Part shown: piece after piece, positions 22,459-33,400 of the stretch
How the letters are laid out: each line of letters starts with the position of its first letter
How positions within the stretch are numbered: position 1 is the stretch's first letter
From: Gemmatimonadales bacterium
Lineage (GTDB): Bacteria > Gemmatimonadota > Gemmatimonadetes > Gemmatimonadales > GWC2-71-9
Direction: 5' to 3'
NCBI GenBank assembly: GCA_050183815.1
Contig: JBFXAY010000006.1
Span: forward strand, 49,208-113,207
DNA length: 64,000 nucleotides
Notes under the pieces: model-generated
Told to the model about the DNA's origin: nothing
The model's database searches: none
What the model saw: the letters and a program-made list of their open reading frames with translations, nothing else
Position numbers and translations under genes: made by a program

Positions 22459-23243
22459 CAGATCATCAGCTCGGTACTCGGGCTCTCGGACCGGTTCCGG
22501 ACCAGGTTCCGTTCGACGGGATAGAGGATCCGGCCGAGGAGGCCCCCCAGTCGGTCGCTCACCACCGCGGGCGACACCAGCGCCGTCCACGCCCACCGGA
22601 CCAGTCGCGAGCGGGTATCCGCAGGATAATTCATCAGGACGAACATCGGGACGCGGCCGACGATGTCGAATCCGGCCTGGTCGAGCGCGGCCGTGATCTC
22701 GGCCAGGGATCGGCTCACCTGATGGGTGACCCGGATCGTCGGCTGATGGATGAAGTTGTCCGACCAGAGAAAAACGCCGCCCGGCTTGAGCAGCCCTGCC
22801 AGATTGGCCAGGGCCCGCGCGTAAGCCGCGTCGTCGACGATGTGGAACAGGACATCGAAGGCGCTCACGGCGTCGAACCGGCCGGCCTCGTCGGCCAGCG
22901 GGCCCGTGAACGGCGCCCCGATGTCGGCCCGGAGAAACCGCCCGGCGGGAAACCGGGCCGCCAGCCGCTCGACCGCCACGTCGGTCAGGTCCACGCCGGT
23001 GACCTCGGCACCGCGGGCCAGCCACCGCTCCACGTAGAACCCGGTCCCCGACCCGACGTCCACCACCCGGTGACCGGCACCGAGCCCCAGGTCGTCGGCG
23101 ACCCGGTCGAAGACCTCTCCGCGAACCCGGTACATCCACTCGTTGAACCGGCGGCCCAGCCGCAAATAACCGACGCCTTCGAGATTGAAGTGATCCCGAA
23201 GGCGTCGTTCCCAGTAATCCTGCGCGGCAAACGGCTGCGTCAA
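22446..23243 (-). CDS. Class I SAM-dependent methyltransferase
   Basis: 265 aa. Motif I VVDVGSGTGFY, with post-I and motif II blocks. The TTG start overlaps the kinase stop (TTGA). Confidence 0.85.
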   Translation of the reverse strand: MTQPFAAQDYWERRLRDHFNLEGVGYLRLGRRFNEWMYRVRGEVFDRVADDLGLGAGHRVVDVGSGTGFYVERWLARGAEVTGVDLTDVAVERLAARFPAGRFLRADIGAPFTGPLADEAGRFDAVSAFDVLFHIVDDAAYARALANLAGLLKPGGVFLWSDNFIHQPTIRVTHQVSRSLAEITAALDQAGFDIVGRVPMFVLMNYPADTRSRLVRWAWTALVSPAVVSDRLGGLLGRILYPVERNLVRNRSESPSTELMICRRR

Positions 23244-25183
23244 CTAGTCGCCTCTTTGATCTCGCTCGCGGCCGCGATCAAGTGATCGACGTCGCGCGAG
23301 AGCGCCCGGGCCGCCTGCGTGGCCTGGGTCAGGTCGCCGACGACGCCGCCCACGCCCGCGGAGCGGACCCGGATCAGATCGAACCGCACGTTCTGCATCG
23401 CCAGCACGCTCGACTCGAGCCGGTCGGCGATGGCCTGGCGCCGGTTGGACAGCTCCGACGCCGTCCGGAACTGCTGCTCCAACAACCGGAATTGCCGATC
23501 CCGCTCATCGGTCTGCGGCTGGTTCGAGAGATCCTCGAGTCGGGCCTTGATCTGGTCCGGCGCTTCGGTCGTGAAGCCCTGGTCGAGGTCGTTGAGCGTC
23601 TTGGCCAGGTCCATGGCCCGCGAGTAGAGCGCCTCGGTGGTTTCTACCACTTCCGGCAGCAACTCGCGGTCGGCGGCCGGCAGCCGCTGCATCATGCCGA
23701 GGATTGCCGCGCGGTCCTTGTGGACCTGGTCGACCTTGTCGAAGTGCGCCCCGAACTCCGCCGCCCGCGGCGGGCCGATGGTCCGCCGGGCCTTGCCCTT
23801 GCCGGATGCCGCCTGGATCGCGTCGGGGGCCGGAGGGCGGTCCAGCACGTCCCGCCAGCTGTAGCCCGCCTGCCAGAGTTGGGCGTAGCTCTTGAGCAGC
23901 GGGAAACCCATCACCGCGGCCGGCAGCAGGAACCAGGGTCCGTCGCCCACGGCCACGTTGAGAAGGAGACAGCCGCCGGTAACCGCGGCCCACCGGGCGA
24001 ACTGGTCCCGGACCCGCTGGACGATCTTCGGCTCGCCGGTATCCGGCACCGGCATCGTCTCGTCCCGGCTGTCGCGGCGGATCCATTCACCCCGCTCGTT
24101 CCGGACCCACTGGCCGCCGCCGAGCGAGGCGGGCCGCTGGGCCTGGCTCGGCCGCGGCGCCAACGGCGCCCGGCCGGCGGCGCCGCCGGCCAGCCGCTGC
24201 GGCGATCGGTAGGGGCTCGACGGCCGCGGCCGCGTGGAACCGCCGGACGGCCGCCGCATCTCACGGCTCGACGTCGCGGCGGGCCGGTACCCGGTTACGG
24301 TCCGGCTCTCGAGCGCACGGCGGAGCGCATCGGCCGTGGGCCAGCGGCTCTCCGGATCTTTTTCCAGGCACCGGGCCACCGCGAGCGACAGATCCTCCGG
24401 TACCTCGGGACGCGACAGATGCAGCACCGGGGCGGGCTCGGTGATCTGCTTCATCAGAATCCCGGCGACCGTCGGGGCGTTGAACGGCAACTCGCCGGTC
24501 AGCATCTGGTACGTCACCACGCCGAGGCTGTAGATGTCCGACCGGCCGTCGATCTCGCGCTCGCCGGCGGCCTGCTCGGGGCTCATGAACTGGGGCGTGC
24601 CGATCGCCACCCCGACACCGGTGAGCGTCGCCCCCGACGAACCGGACACCGCCTTGGCGATCCCGAAGTCGGTGACCATGACCCGCCCGCGGGTTCCCTC
24701 GAGAAGGACGTTGTCCGGCTTGATGTCGCGATGGATGATCGAGAGGCTGTGGGCGGCGGAGAGAGCGTCGGCCGTTTCCTTCATGATCCGGCGGGCTTCG
24801 TCCGGAGGGAGCTTGCCGCGGCGCTTGATCCGGCCCCCAAGCGACTCGCCCTCGACGTACCCCATGACGAAATACACGAGACCGGCGCCGTCGCCGACGT
24901 CGTGGATTGGCACGATATGCGGATGACTCAGCCGCGCAGCGGTCTGCGCCTCGCGGGTGAATCGTTCTCGAATGTCTTTCTGAAAGGCGAGCTCCGGCGG
25001 CAGCACTTTGATGGCCACCCGCCGGTGAAGACGTTCGTCACGCGCCCGGAAGACGACCCCCATGCCGCCGCGACCGATTTCGCCTTCGATCGTGTACGCT
25101 TCGCCCAACGCCTCCTTGAGACGCTGGGCCAGCGGCCGATCACTCGAGTCGTTCGGTTCGGTCATCCCTTTGGCACGTTCCAA
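23240..25183 (-). CDS. Ser/Thr protein kinase (Hanks type) with 2 TM and a C-terminal coiled-coil domain
   Basis: 647 aa. GRGGMGVV, VAIK, HRDIKPDN, DFG, SPE motifs. There is a Pro/Arg-rich linker, then a hydrophobic hairpin. Confidence 0.92.
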   Translation of the reverse strand: MERAKGMTEPNDSSDRPLAQRLKEALGEAYTIEGEIGRGGMGVVFRARDERLHRRVAIKVLPPELAFQKDIRERFTREAQTAARLSHPHIVPIHDVGDGAGLVYFVMGYVEGESLGGRIKRRGKLPPDEARRIMKETADALSAAHSLSIIHRDIKPDNVLLEGTRGRVMVTDFGIAKAVSGSSGATLTGVGVAIGTPQFMSPEQAAGEREIDGRSDIYSLGVVTYQMLTGELPFNAPTVAGILMKQITEPAPVLHLSRPEVPEDLSLAVARCLEKDPESRWPTADALRRALESRTVTGYRPAATSSREMRRPSGGSTRPRPSSPYRSPQRLAGGAAGRAPLAPRPSQAQRPASLGGGQWVRNERGEWIRRDSRDETMPVPDTGEPKIVQRVRDQFARWAAVTGGCLLLNVAVGDGPWFLLPAAVMGFPLLKSYAQLWQAGYSWRDVLDRPPAPDAIQAASGKGKARRTIGPPRAAEFGAHFDKVDQVHKDRAAILGMMQRLPAADRELLPEVVETTEALYSRAMDLAKTLNDLDQGFTTEAPDQIKARLEDLSNQPQTDERDRQFRLLEQQFRTASELSNRRQAIADRLESSVLAMQNVRFDLIRVRSAGVGGVVGDLTQATQAARALSRDVDHLIAAASEIKEATS

Positions 25184-25526
25184 TCGGCGAAACGTTGAAG
25201 CCGCAAGAGCTTACCAATTTCGCTCAAGCGGGCCCCGAGGGCAACCGTTCGAGTCGTGCTGGCATACTCTCCCGGCACCTGGCTGAGGTCCAGCCAATCT
25301 GGCATGTTCGACGGACCGTCACATGGCGTAGGGGCAGGCTTCGTACCACGATTTTTCGACCCCCGATGGGACGCCGAATCGACAACCGACGCCGCGACAA
25401 TAGCTTAACCCAAACCGGGCCGGCACGGCACGGCGGATGCCCAACATGGTTCCAACCGCGTCGCCGCGGAGGACGAACTCGCGCCCCCCGCGCCGATCGA
25501 CGCTATCAGTACGGAAGGTGCCAGCC

Positions 25527-28064
<2,538 letters not shown>

Positions 28065-28085
28065 AGGCGAAGGTGCCTGAACGCG

Positions 28086-28114
28086 AACGGGGCCGGCGAT
28101 GCGCCGGCCCCGTT
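28086..28114. terminator. Perfect 13-bp GC-rich hairpin between convergent lon and the GGDEF gene (bidirectional terminator candidate)
   Basis: AACGGGGCCGGCG-ATG-CGCCGGCCCCGTT, 22 nt after the lon stop. Confidence 0.6.
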
Positions 28115-28137
28115 CCGCTTCCGATCCGGCCCGTCGC

Positions 28138-29736
28138 TCAGACCGGTGCCAGGGCCTGATCCCGGCCCGCATGCTTCGCGGCCTGGAGTGCCTTGTTGGC
28201 CGCGCGGAGCACCTCGGTGGCATCCGCTCCGTGATCGGGATAACACGCCACGCCCGCGCTCACCCGCACCGGAATCGTCACGCCCCCGACCTGAACCGGC
28301 GCCGCCGCGATGGCCGCCCGGACCTTGTTGGCCACCATCACGGCGTCCTCCACCCGGCAGCGGCGGATCAGCGCCGCGAACTCTTCGCCGCCCATTCGGG
28401 CAGTGAGGTCGCTGGCGCGGATCGTCGTCGCGAGACTTCGGGCCACCCGGAGGAGGACCGCATCGCCGGCGTGCTGGCCGTGCTGCTCGTTGACCCGCCG
28501 GAGATGGTCGACGTCGAAGGTGAGATAGGCCACCTGCTCGTTGTTCCGCCGGGCGATCCCGATGGCCCGCTCGAGCTCGTCGGTCAGCGCCTCCTGGTTG
28601 AGGAGACCGGTGGCCTCGTCGCGGTGGGCCGCGCTCCGGATCGCCCGGCTCCGGTCGATCCGGGCCGCGATCGCATGGAGCAGGTGCGCCGGCGGGGTGT
28701 TCTTCGACTGGACGTCGTCCGCACCCGCGCGAATGGCCGCAAGACGATCGGCGTCCGACAGGTCGTTCCCGAGGACGATCACGGGCGTGAGCCGGTGTCC
28801 CGGCTGGTGGCGGAGCCAGCGGATCACCGCGGGCGCGGTGGTTTCCCGGAGCCGCCAGTCCACCACGACGGCGTCCCAATGGCCCTCCTCGACGGCGGAG
28901 CGGGCGCCCGCGATCGATTCGGTCACCTTGGCGTCGACCTGAACGCCCTCGAGGGCGCCGACGAGCCCGCGGACCTCCGGCTCGGAGTGATCCACGATCA
29001 GCACGGACCGCGGTGCCGTCGCCGATCGGCCGAGGGCCCGGGCGAAGGCCACCAACTCCCGGTCGGCGTGGCCGGCCGGAATCACCGCATCCACGCTGGC
29101 GAACGGGTGGAACAGCGGATCGATGGGCTGCGACGCTTCGACCAGGACGACGGCCCCGGGGCGCACCGGGCCGGGCTGGCCCCAGGCCGCGACCAGTGAC
29201 CGCATGTCCTCGCCGTCTTCGGCCAGGATCACCGCCAGGTCGGGGCGCTCGGAGACCGGGATCTCGGTTGGCTCGAAGCCGAGCGGCTTGCGGTCGACCA
29301 CGTACTGGGCGTCGCGCAGCAGCGTTTCGATGTCGTCCCGCCGGCTGCCGGCCGACCCGAGTACGAGCGCGCGCCAGCCGAACGCCGCGGCCGCCGGTGG
29401 CTCGAGCGTCGGCAGTCCCAGCGCCAACGCCGCCCGGTCGAACGATGCCGCGATCTGGCGGATCATGTTCTCCACCGTGGCCGCCCCGTCGGGACGCGGG
29501 TCAGGATGTTCGGTGAGCCAGGCTTCGGCGCCCCGGGCCAGCGACGTGATCTCGGGGAAGCCGTAGCTTCCGCCCGATCCCGCGAGCCGGTGGAAACGAG
29601 ACTTGAGCGAGACCGCGGCGTCAGGCTCGCCGGCCTGCACGGCCGCGAGGTCCTTCCGCAGCTCGGCCAGCCGCGCGGGCGCCTCCGACAGATACTCGCG
29701 CCGGAGTTCTTCGTAGAAATCCGCGGCGCCGCTCAT
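28138..29736 (-). CDS. Hpt - degenerate receiver - receiver - GGDEF diguanylate cyclase
   Basis: 532 aa. N-terminal Hpt (FHRLAGSGGSYGF), receiver (VLIVDHSE...VVVDWRL), GGDEF domain with an RxxD-like I-site region and a GGEEF active site. Confidence 0.88.
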   Translation of the reverse strand: MSGAADFYEELRREYLSEAPARLAELRKDLAAVQAGEPDAAVSLKSRFHRLAGSGGSYGFPEITSLARGAEAWLTEHPDPRPDGAATVENMIRQIAASFDRAALALGLPTLEPPAAAAFGWRALVLGSAGSRRDDIETLLRDAQYVVDRKPLGFEPTEIPVSERPDLAVILAEDGEDMRSLVAAWGQPGPVRPGAVVLVEASQPIDPLFHPFASVDAVIPAGHADRELVAFARALGRSATAPRSVLIVDHSEPEVRGLVGALEGVQVDAKVTESIAGARSAVEEGHWDAVVVDWRLRETTAPAVIRWLRHQPGHRLTPVIVLGNDLSDADRLAAIRAGADDVQSKNTPPAHLLHAIAARIDRSRAIRSAAHRDEATGLLNQEALTDELERAIGIARRNNEQVAYLTFDVDHLRRVNEQHGQHAGDAVLLRVARSLATTIRASDLTARMGGEEFAALIRRCRVEDAVMVANKVRAAIAAAPVQVGGVTIPVRVSAGVACYPDHGADATEVLRAANKALQAAKHAGRDQALAPV

Positions 29737-30419
29737 CGGGCCCCCCGGAAGGAGTCGAGTACCCGATGGGCCGAGGCGATGTGGACCGCGTCGGTGCCCC
29801 AGTGACCCGACACGGCATCACCGGTGCGGGCGGCGATCAGCGCGCCGCGCTGATCGATGACGGCCACCAGCGGCTCGCCCGGCCAGTCGGAGACCGGCGC
29901 GATCGTGGCCACGGTGGCAAACGGCAGTTCGATGGTGCCCATGGTCCCAAGCTCCAGTGCCACCCCCCCGGCGGCCGCTTTTCTGAGCGCCGGCGTAAGG
30001 GCCGGGAACCCGTCCCCCGGGACGAGTGCCCTGACCTTCGCTTCGGCGCGGGCGATCTCGTGCGACAGCAACTGCAAGGCGCCCCGGGTCGAGTCGATCT
30101 CGACCAGGGTCGGACTTGGGGGTACCGAGATCTGGTCGAGGACCGCCGACAGTGTGTCGAGGGCCTGCGCTTGAGTATCGACAATGCGGGCAATAAGTGT
30201 AGCGGGCGGTTCGGGCCGGTAGCGCTTGGGACGCCCCGGCTCGACCCGGGCGGCGCCCTTCTGGACCAGTCCCTCGAGCGCGCTGTAGGCGTTGGCCCGG
30301 GCCAGACCGGCGGCCCGGGCAATCGCATAGCCGGTCCCGGGGCCGCCCCGGACGAGCACCTCGTAGGCGAGGCTCTCGGTGGGGGTGAACCCGAAGCCGG
30401 TCAAATCGAGCGAGGACAT
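29733..30419 (-). CDS. TrmB-like transcriptional regulator (winged HTH + C-terminal domain)
   Basis: Start set at ATG 30419 (MSSLDLTGFGFTPTESLAYEVLVRGGPGTGYAIARAAGLARANAYSALEGLVQKG), a TrmB-type N-terminal HTH. ATGA overlap with the GGDEF gene. Confidence 0.7.
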   Translation of the reverse strand: MSSLDLTGFGFTPTESLAYEVLVRGGPGTGYAIARAAGLARANAYSALEGLVQKGAARVEPGRPKRYRPEPPATLIARIVDTQAQALDTLSAVLDQISVPPSPTLVEIDSTRGALQLLSHEIARAEAKVRALVPGDGFPALTPALRKAAAGGVALELGTMGTIELPFATVATIAPVSDWPGEPLVAVIDQRGALIAARTGDAVSGHWGTDAVHIASAHRVLDSFRGAR

Positions 30420-30424
30420 CTGCC

Positions 30425-31462
30425 TCAGGCGAACTCCAGCGACCAGCCGAGGAGCTTGGCGATCATCGCCAACCGGAACGTCACATCCACCGCCCGGGAC
30501 TCGGGGCTCTTGCCGTCGCCGTAGAGCGGGTACCAGTGGTAGGTGAATTTGTTGGTCGCCTTGGGCAGCGCCTTGAGCCCCTTCGGCTGCCAGACCCCCC
30601 GGTCGTCGCAATCAGCCAGCAGCCGGGCCAGGACCTTGGAGGCGGTGGGCGCCGTATGCAGCGCGCCGAGCCGGGCCAGCAGTTCGATCGTGTAGAGGGC
30701 GAGCGGGATGTCCTTGGCGTTCCCCTTCGAATCGGCGTCGATCGGATCGCCGAGGAGGAAGGCGTCGGGCTTGAACGACTTCTTCCCGACCATGATCGTG
30801 AAGGCCTTCTTCGGCGCTGACTGCGACAGGTACTGGCCCAGCCGCTCGGTGAAGCCGGCCCGCTCCCGCTGGAGGTTCGGGAGCGACGCGATCATCGCGA
30901 CCGAATACCAGGTCGGCGGATGCGCCTCGGGATCGAGCACCGTCTTGCCCGACACCCGGGCGAACGGCTTCTCCGCGAGGGGGCTGCGGAGGAACGCCGA
31001 GACGTTCGAGGCGATCTTGTGGGCGGCCCCCCGGATCCGCGGGTCTTCCTGATACCCCGCTTCCGCCAACGCGGCGGTGGCCGCCTCGCGGTAGTGCTCC
31101 CGAACCCATTCGATCGGGTCGGCGCCCTCCTTGGCGAACTTCTGGTGCTCGAACAGCAGCCCTGGATCATCGTCCCGGGAGAGGATCCGGAACAGCACCC
31201 GCTCAGCCAGTTTGAACGACCGCGCCGAATGCGGCACGCCGAGCTGGATGAGACGGCGGTACTGTGGAACCGTGCCGATTTCCTTGATCCCATCCTTGGC
31301 GGACGGGGCGAGGCCGAGGAGGTTCCCGCCCCAGACGCCCGTGTCTTTCTGTTTCTTGACGACGGCCTGGGTGGTCTTGGCCGCCAGGATGGCCGCGCCA
31401 AGCGACTCGATGGTCTCGGGCGGGACCAGACCGGGAGCGGCGAACTCCTCGTAGGCCCGCAA
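30425..31462 (-). CDS. Conserved-looking hypothetical protein (at least 345 aa), start uncertain
   Basis: Long ORF with coding-like composition. No motif recognised. The ORF-track start is a TTG, and the frame stays open another 43+ codons upstream without an ATG, GTG or TTG. Confidence 0.6.
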   Translation of the reverse strand: MRAYEEFAAPGLVPPETIESLGAAILAAKTTQAVVKKQKDTGVWGGNLLGLAPSAKDGIKEIGTVPQYRRLIQLGVPHSARSFKLAERVLFRILSRDDDPGLLFEHQKFAKEGADPIEWVREHYREAATAALAEAGYQEDPRIRGAAHKIASNVSAFLRSPLAEKPFARVSGKTVLDPEAHPPTWYSVAMIASLPNLQRERAGFTERLGQYLSQSAPKKAFTIMVGKKSFKPDAFLLGDPIDADSKGNAKDIPLALYTIELLARLGALHTAPTASKVLARLLADCDDRGVWQPKGLKALPKATNKFTYHWYPLYGDGKSPESRAVDVTFRLAMIAKLLGWSLEFA

Positions 31463-31592
31463 CTTGATCGTATCGTTCCCATGCTCGAGCAGCCAGCCGA
31501 GCGGAACACGGTGCTGGGTGGGCAGTTCCAGAATACGCTCCCGGGTCAGGGGATGGCCAATTGGAGCGAAAACGGCGCGAAAATAGTAGTTG

Positions 31593-32525
31593 TTACTGGG
31601 GAATACTAGTGGGATGCCGGGATGTGTTCGGGCAGGAGGGGTCGTCGGCGAAGGCCTTGATGGTTGAGGTAACTGTATCTGGTATCTCGACTTGCGGCCT
31701 GTGAAGTGCCCCGGAAAACGTCACCAGAGTTCCGCAGGAAAGGGTCGCCAGCACGCTGTCGGCGATGGCGAACGGGATCACCGGATCGAGGGTTCCCCAG
31801 AGGAGGAGGACCGGAACGCGGATCTCGGCGAACCGGTCGCGAAGGGCCCGGAAGTCGAATTCCTCGAGCACCCGGCTGGCGCTGTGCTGATAGGCGGAGT
31901 CGCCCATCAAGGTGTAGCCGGCCAGCGAGTCGGGCTCACCCAGCCACGCCTCGTCGTGCTCGGGCAGGACGAACGCCCGGCTCGACAGGTACCACCCGAT
32001 GGCCCGCGCCTTTCCGGGCGACATCGAGTCGGCGATCCCGCCAAGGCCCACGGCCCACCCCGCCGGTGCAATCAGCACGGCGGCTACGATGCGCTTCGGT
32101 CGGGCCAGCGCGAGCGACGCAGCCAGCTCGCCCCCCATCGAATGCCCCACGACCACGATCGGCCCGGTGGTCCAGCGGTCGACGAAATCGGCCAGCCGGT
32201 CGGTCATCGCGGCCAGTGTGTAGGGGCCATTCACCTTGCTGCTGCCGCCGAACCCGGGAAGATCGACGGCCACCACGGCGTGATGCAGGGCCAGCGGGTC
32301 GAGCACCGCCCGCCAGGTGAAGAGCGACTCGCCGAAACCATGAAGCAGCAGCAGGGTGGTGTCGCCCTGGCCCGCCCGTACCGTGCGCAGGACGGCATCG
32401 CCGGCCGGCAGCCACTCGGCTTCGTGGACGGGCGTTGTCGACCGGGGTCGGTCGAGCAGGAAGACGAGTCCGGCCAGTGCCGGCGCCGCCAGCCACCAGA
32501 GTCGGAGTCTCAACGGGCGGGGCAT
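31593..32525 (-). CDS. Alpha/beta-fold hydrolase, secreted or membrane-anchored
   Basis: 310 aa. HGFGES oxyanion region, nucleophile elbow GHSMGG, N-terminal signal/anchor. Confidence 0.88.
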   Translation of the reverse strand: MPRPLRLRLWWLAAPALAGLVFLLDRPRSTTPVHEAEWLPAGDAVLRTVRAGQGDTTLLLLHGFGESLFTWRAVLDPLALHHAVVAVDLPGFGGSSKVNGPYTLAAMTDRLADFVDRWTTGPIVVVGHSMGGELAASLALARPKRIVAAVLIAPAGWAVGLGGIADSMSPGKARAIGWYLSSRAFVLPEHDEAWLGEPDSLAGYTLMGDSAYQHSASRVLEEFDFRALRDRFAEIRVPVLLLWGTLDPVIPFAIADSVLATLSCGTLVTFSGALHRPQVEIPDTVTSTIKAFADDPSCPNTSRHPTSIPQ

Positions 32526-33400
32526 TCGAGCAGGGTTATCGGACCCGGCCGGGACCGGGCTTCGCTGGTGAGCAGCAGCGTGGAGTCATTCCACCAGGTG
32601 ATTCCCTCGCCGAGCGGCTCGAGTCCGCCGACGAAACAGTTGGCTGCAGGATGGGCCGGCAGGAAGCCGGCCCGCTCCGCGCCGGTGAAGATATGGACCT
32701 CGCGATAGGTCCGCACCGCCAGCCGCTCCCCGTCCGGCGACAGTGTGGCGTCGGTCACCACCCCGCCGGGAGGCCGGCCCGCGACGATCGGCAGCGTCCA
32801 GAACGGTTCGGCGGTGATCCGGGCGCTGCCCCAGCTTTCGGCCGGGATCCGGAATGCCTCGATCGTGCCTTCCCATCCCTTCGAAATGATCGCGGCCTCG
32901 CCGCCGGCGCCGACGACGAGGGCCTCGGCGTCGCGGGGACCGGATCGGTAGCGTATCTCGAGCGAATCGCGGATCCGGATGGTGCCGGCCGCCAGTTCCG
33001 CGGCGGTGGGTTCGATCGCCCGGTACAGCGTGACTTGCTTGTGGCGGGCGCCGTTGTCGCCGATGTCGGCGATGTAGAGGCAGGTGGTATCGCCGCACGG
33101 CCCGCTCGCGAGCGCTTCCCAATCCCGGTTGCGGATCGGAGGTCGCACGGTGCCGACGATCGTGCCGAGGGTGTCGAGCAGGTAGAGGACGCTGGGATTC
33201 CCGGAATCGTTGAGCGTCCAGAAGCGGCCCGGATACCCGCGCGACGCGGCGGCGCCCGAGGCCTCGGGGAGGGCCGCCCGCGGCAGCACGCCGGGCTGGC
33301 GGATGCGCTCGGCCGCCAAGTCTCCGGGGGGCGCGTCGTGGCAGCCGGCCAGCACCAACGCCATCGCGGCGGCGATGCGGCGCGCCCGGCGGCCGCTCAC
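32510..33400 (-). CDS. Putative lipoprotein, probably beta-propeller-like, function unknown
   Basis: The GTG at 33400 overlaps the PQQ-dehydrogenase stop (GTGA). Lipobox LVLAGC. Motif CGDTTCLYIADIGDN. Only the last 297 codons of the 841-aa track ORF are used. Confidence 0.65.
   Translation of the reverse strand: MSGRRARRIAAAMALVLAGCHDAPPGDLAAERIRQPGVLPRAALPEASGAAASRGYPGRFWTLNDSGNPSVLYLLDTLGTIVGTVRPPIRNRDWEALASGPCGDTTCLYIADIGDNGARHKQVTLYRAIEPTAAELAAGTIRIRDSLEIRYRSGPRDAEALVVGAGGEAAIISKGWEGTIEAFRIPAESWGSARITAEPFWTLPIVAGRPPGGVVTDATLSPDGERLAVRTYREVHIFTGAERAGFLPAHPAANCFVGGLEPLGEGITWWNDSTLLLTSEARSRPGPITLLECPAR

Noticed and set aside
25186-25200. TGGCACGTTCCAATC upstream of lon, a possible sigma-54 -24 box
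   Set aside because: The -12 region reads AATC instead of TTGC (no GC dinucleotide). It is 330 nt from the lon start and directly abuts the divergent kinase start codon.
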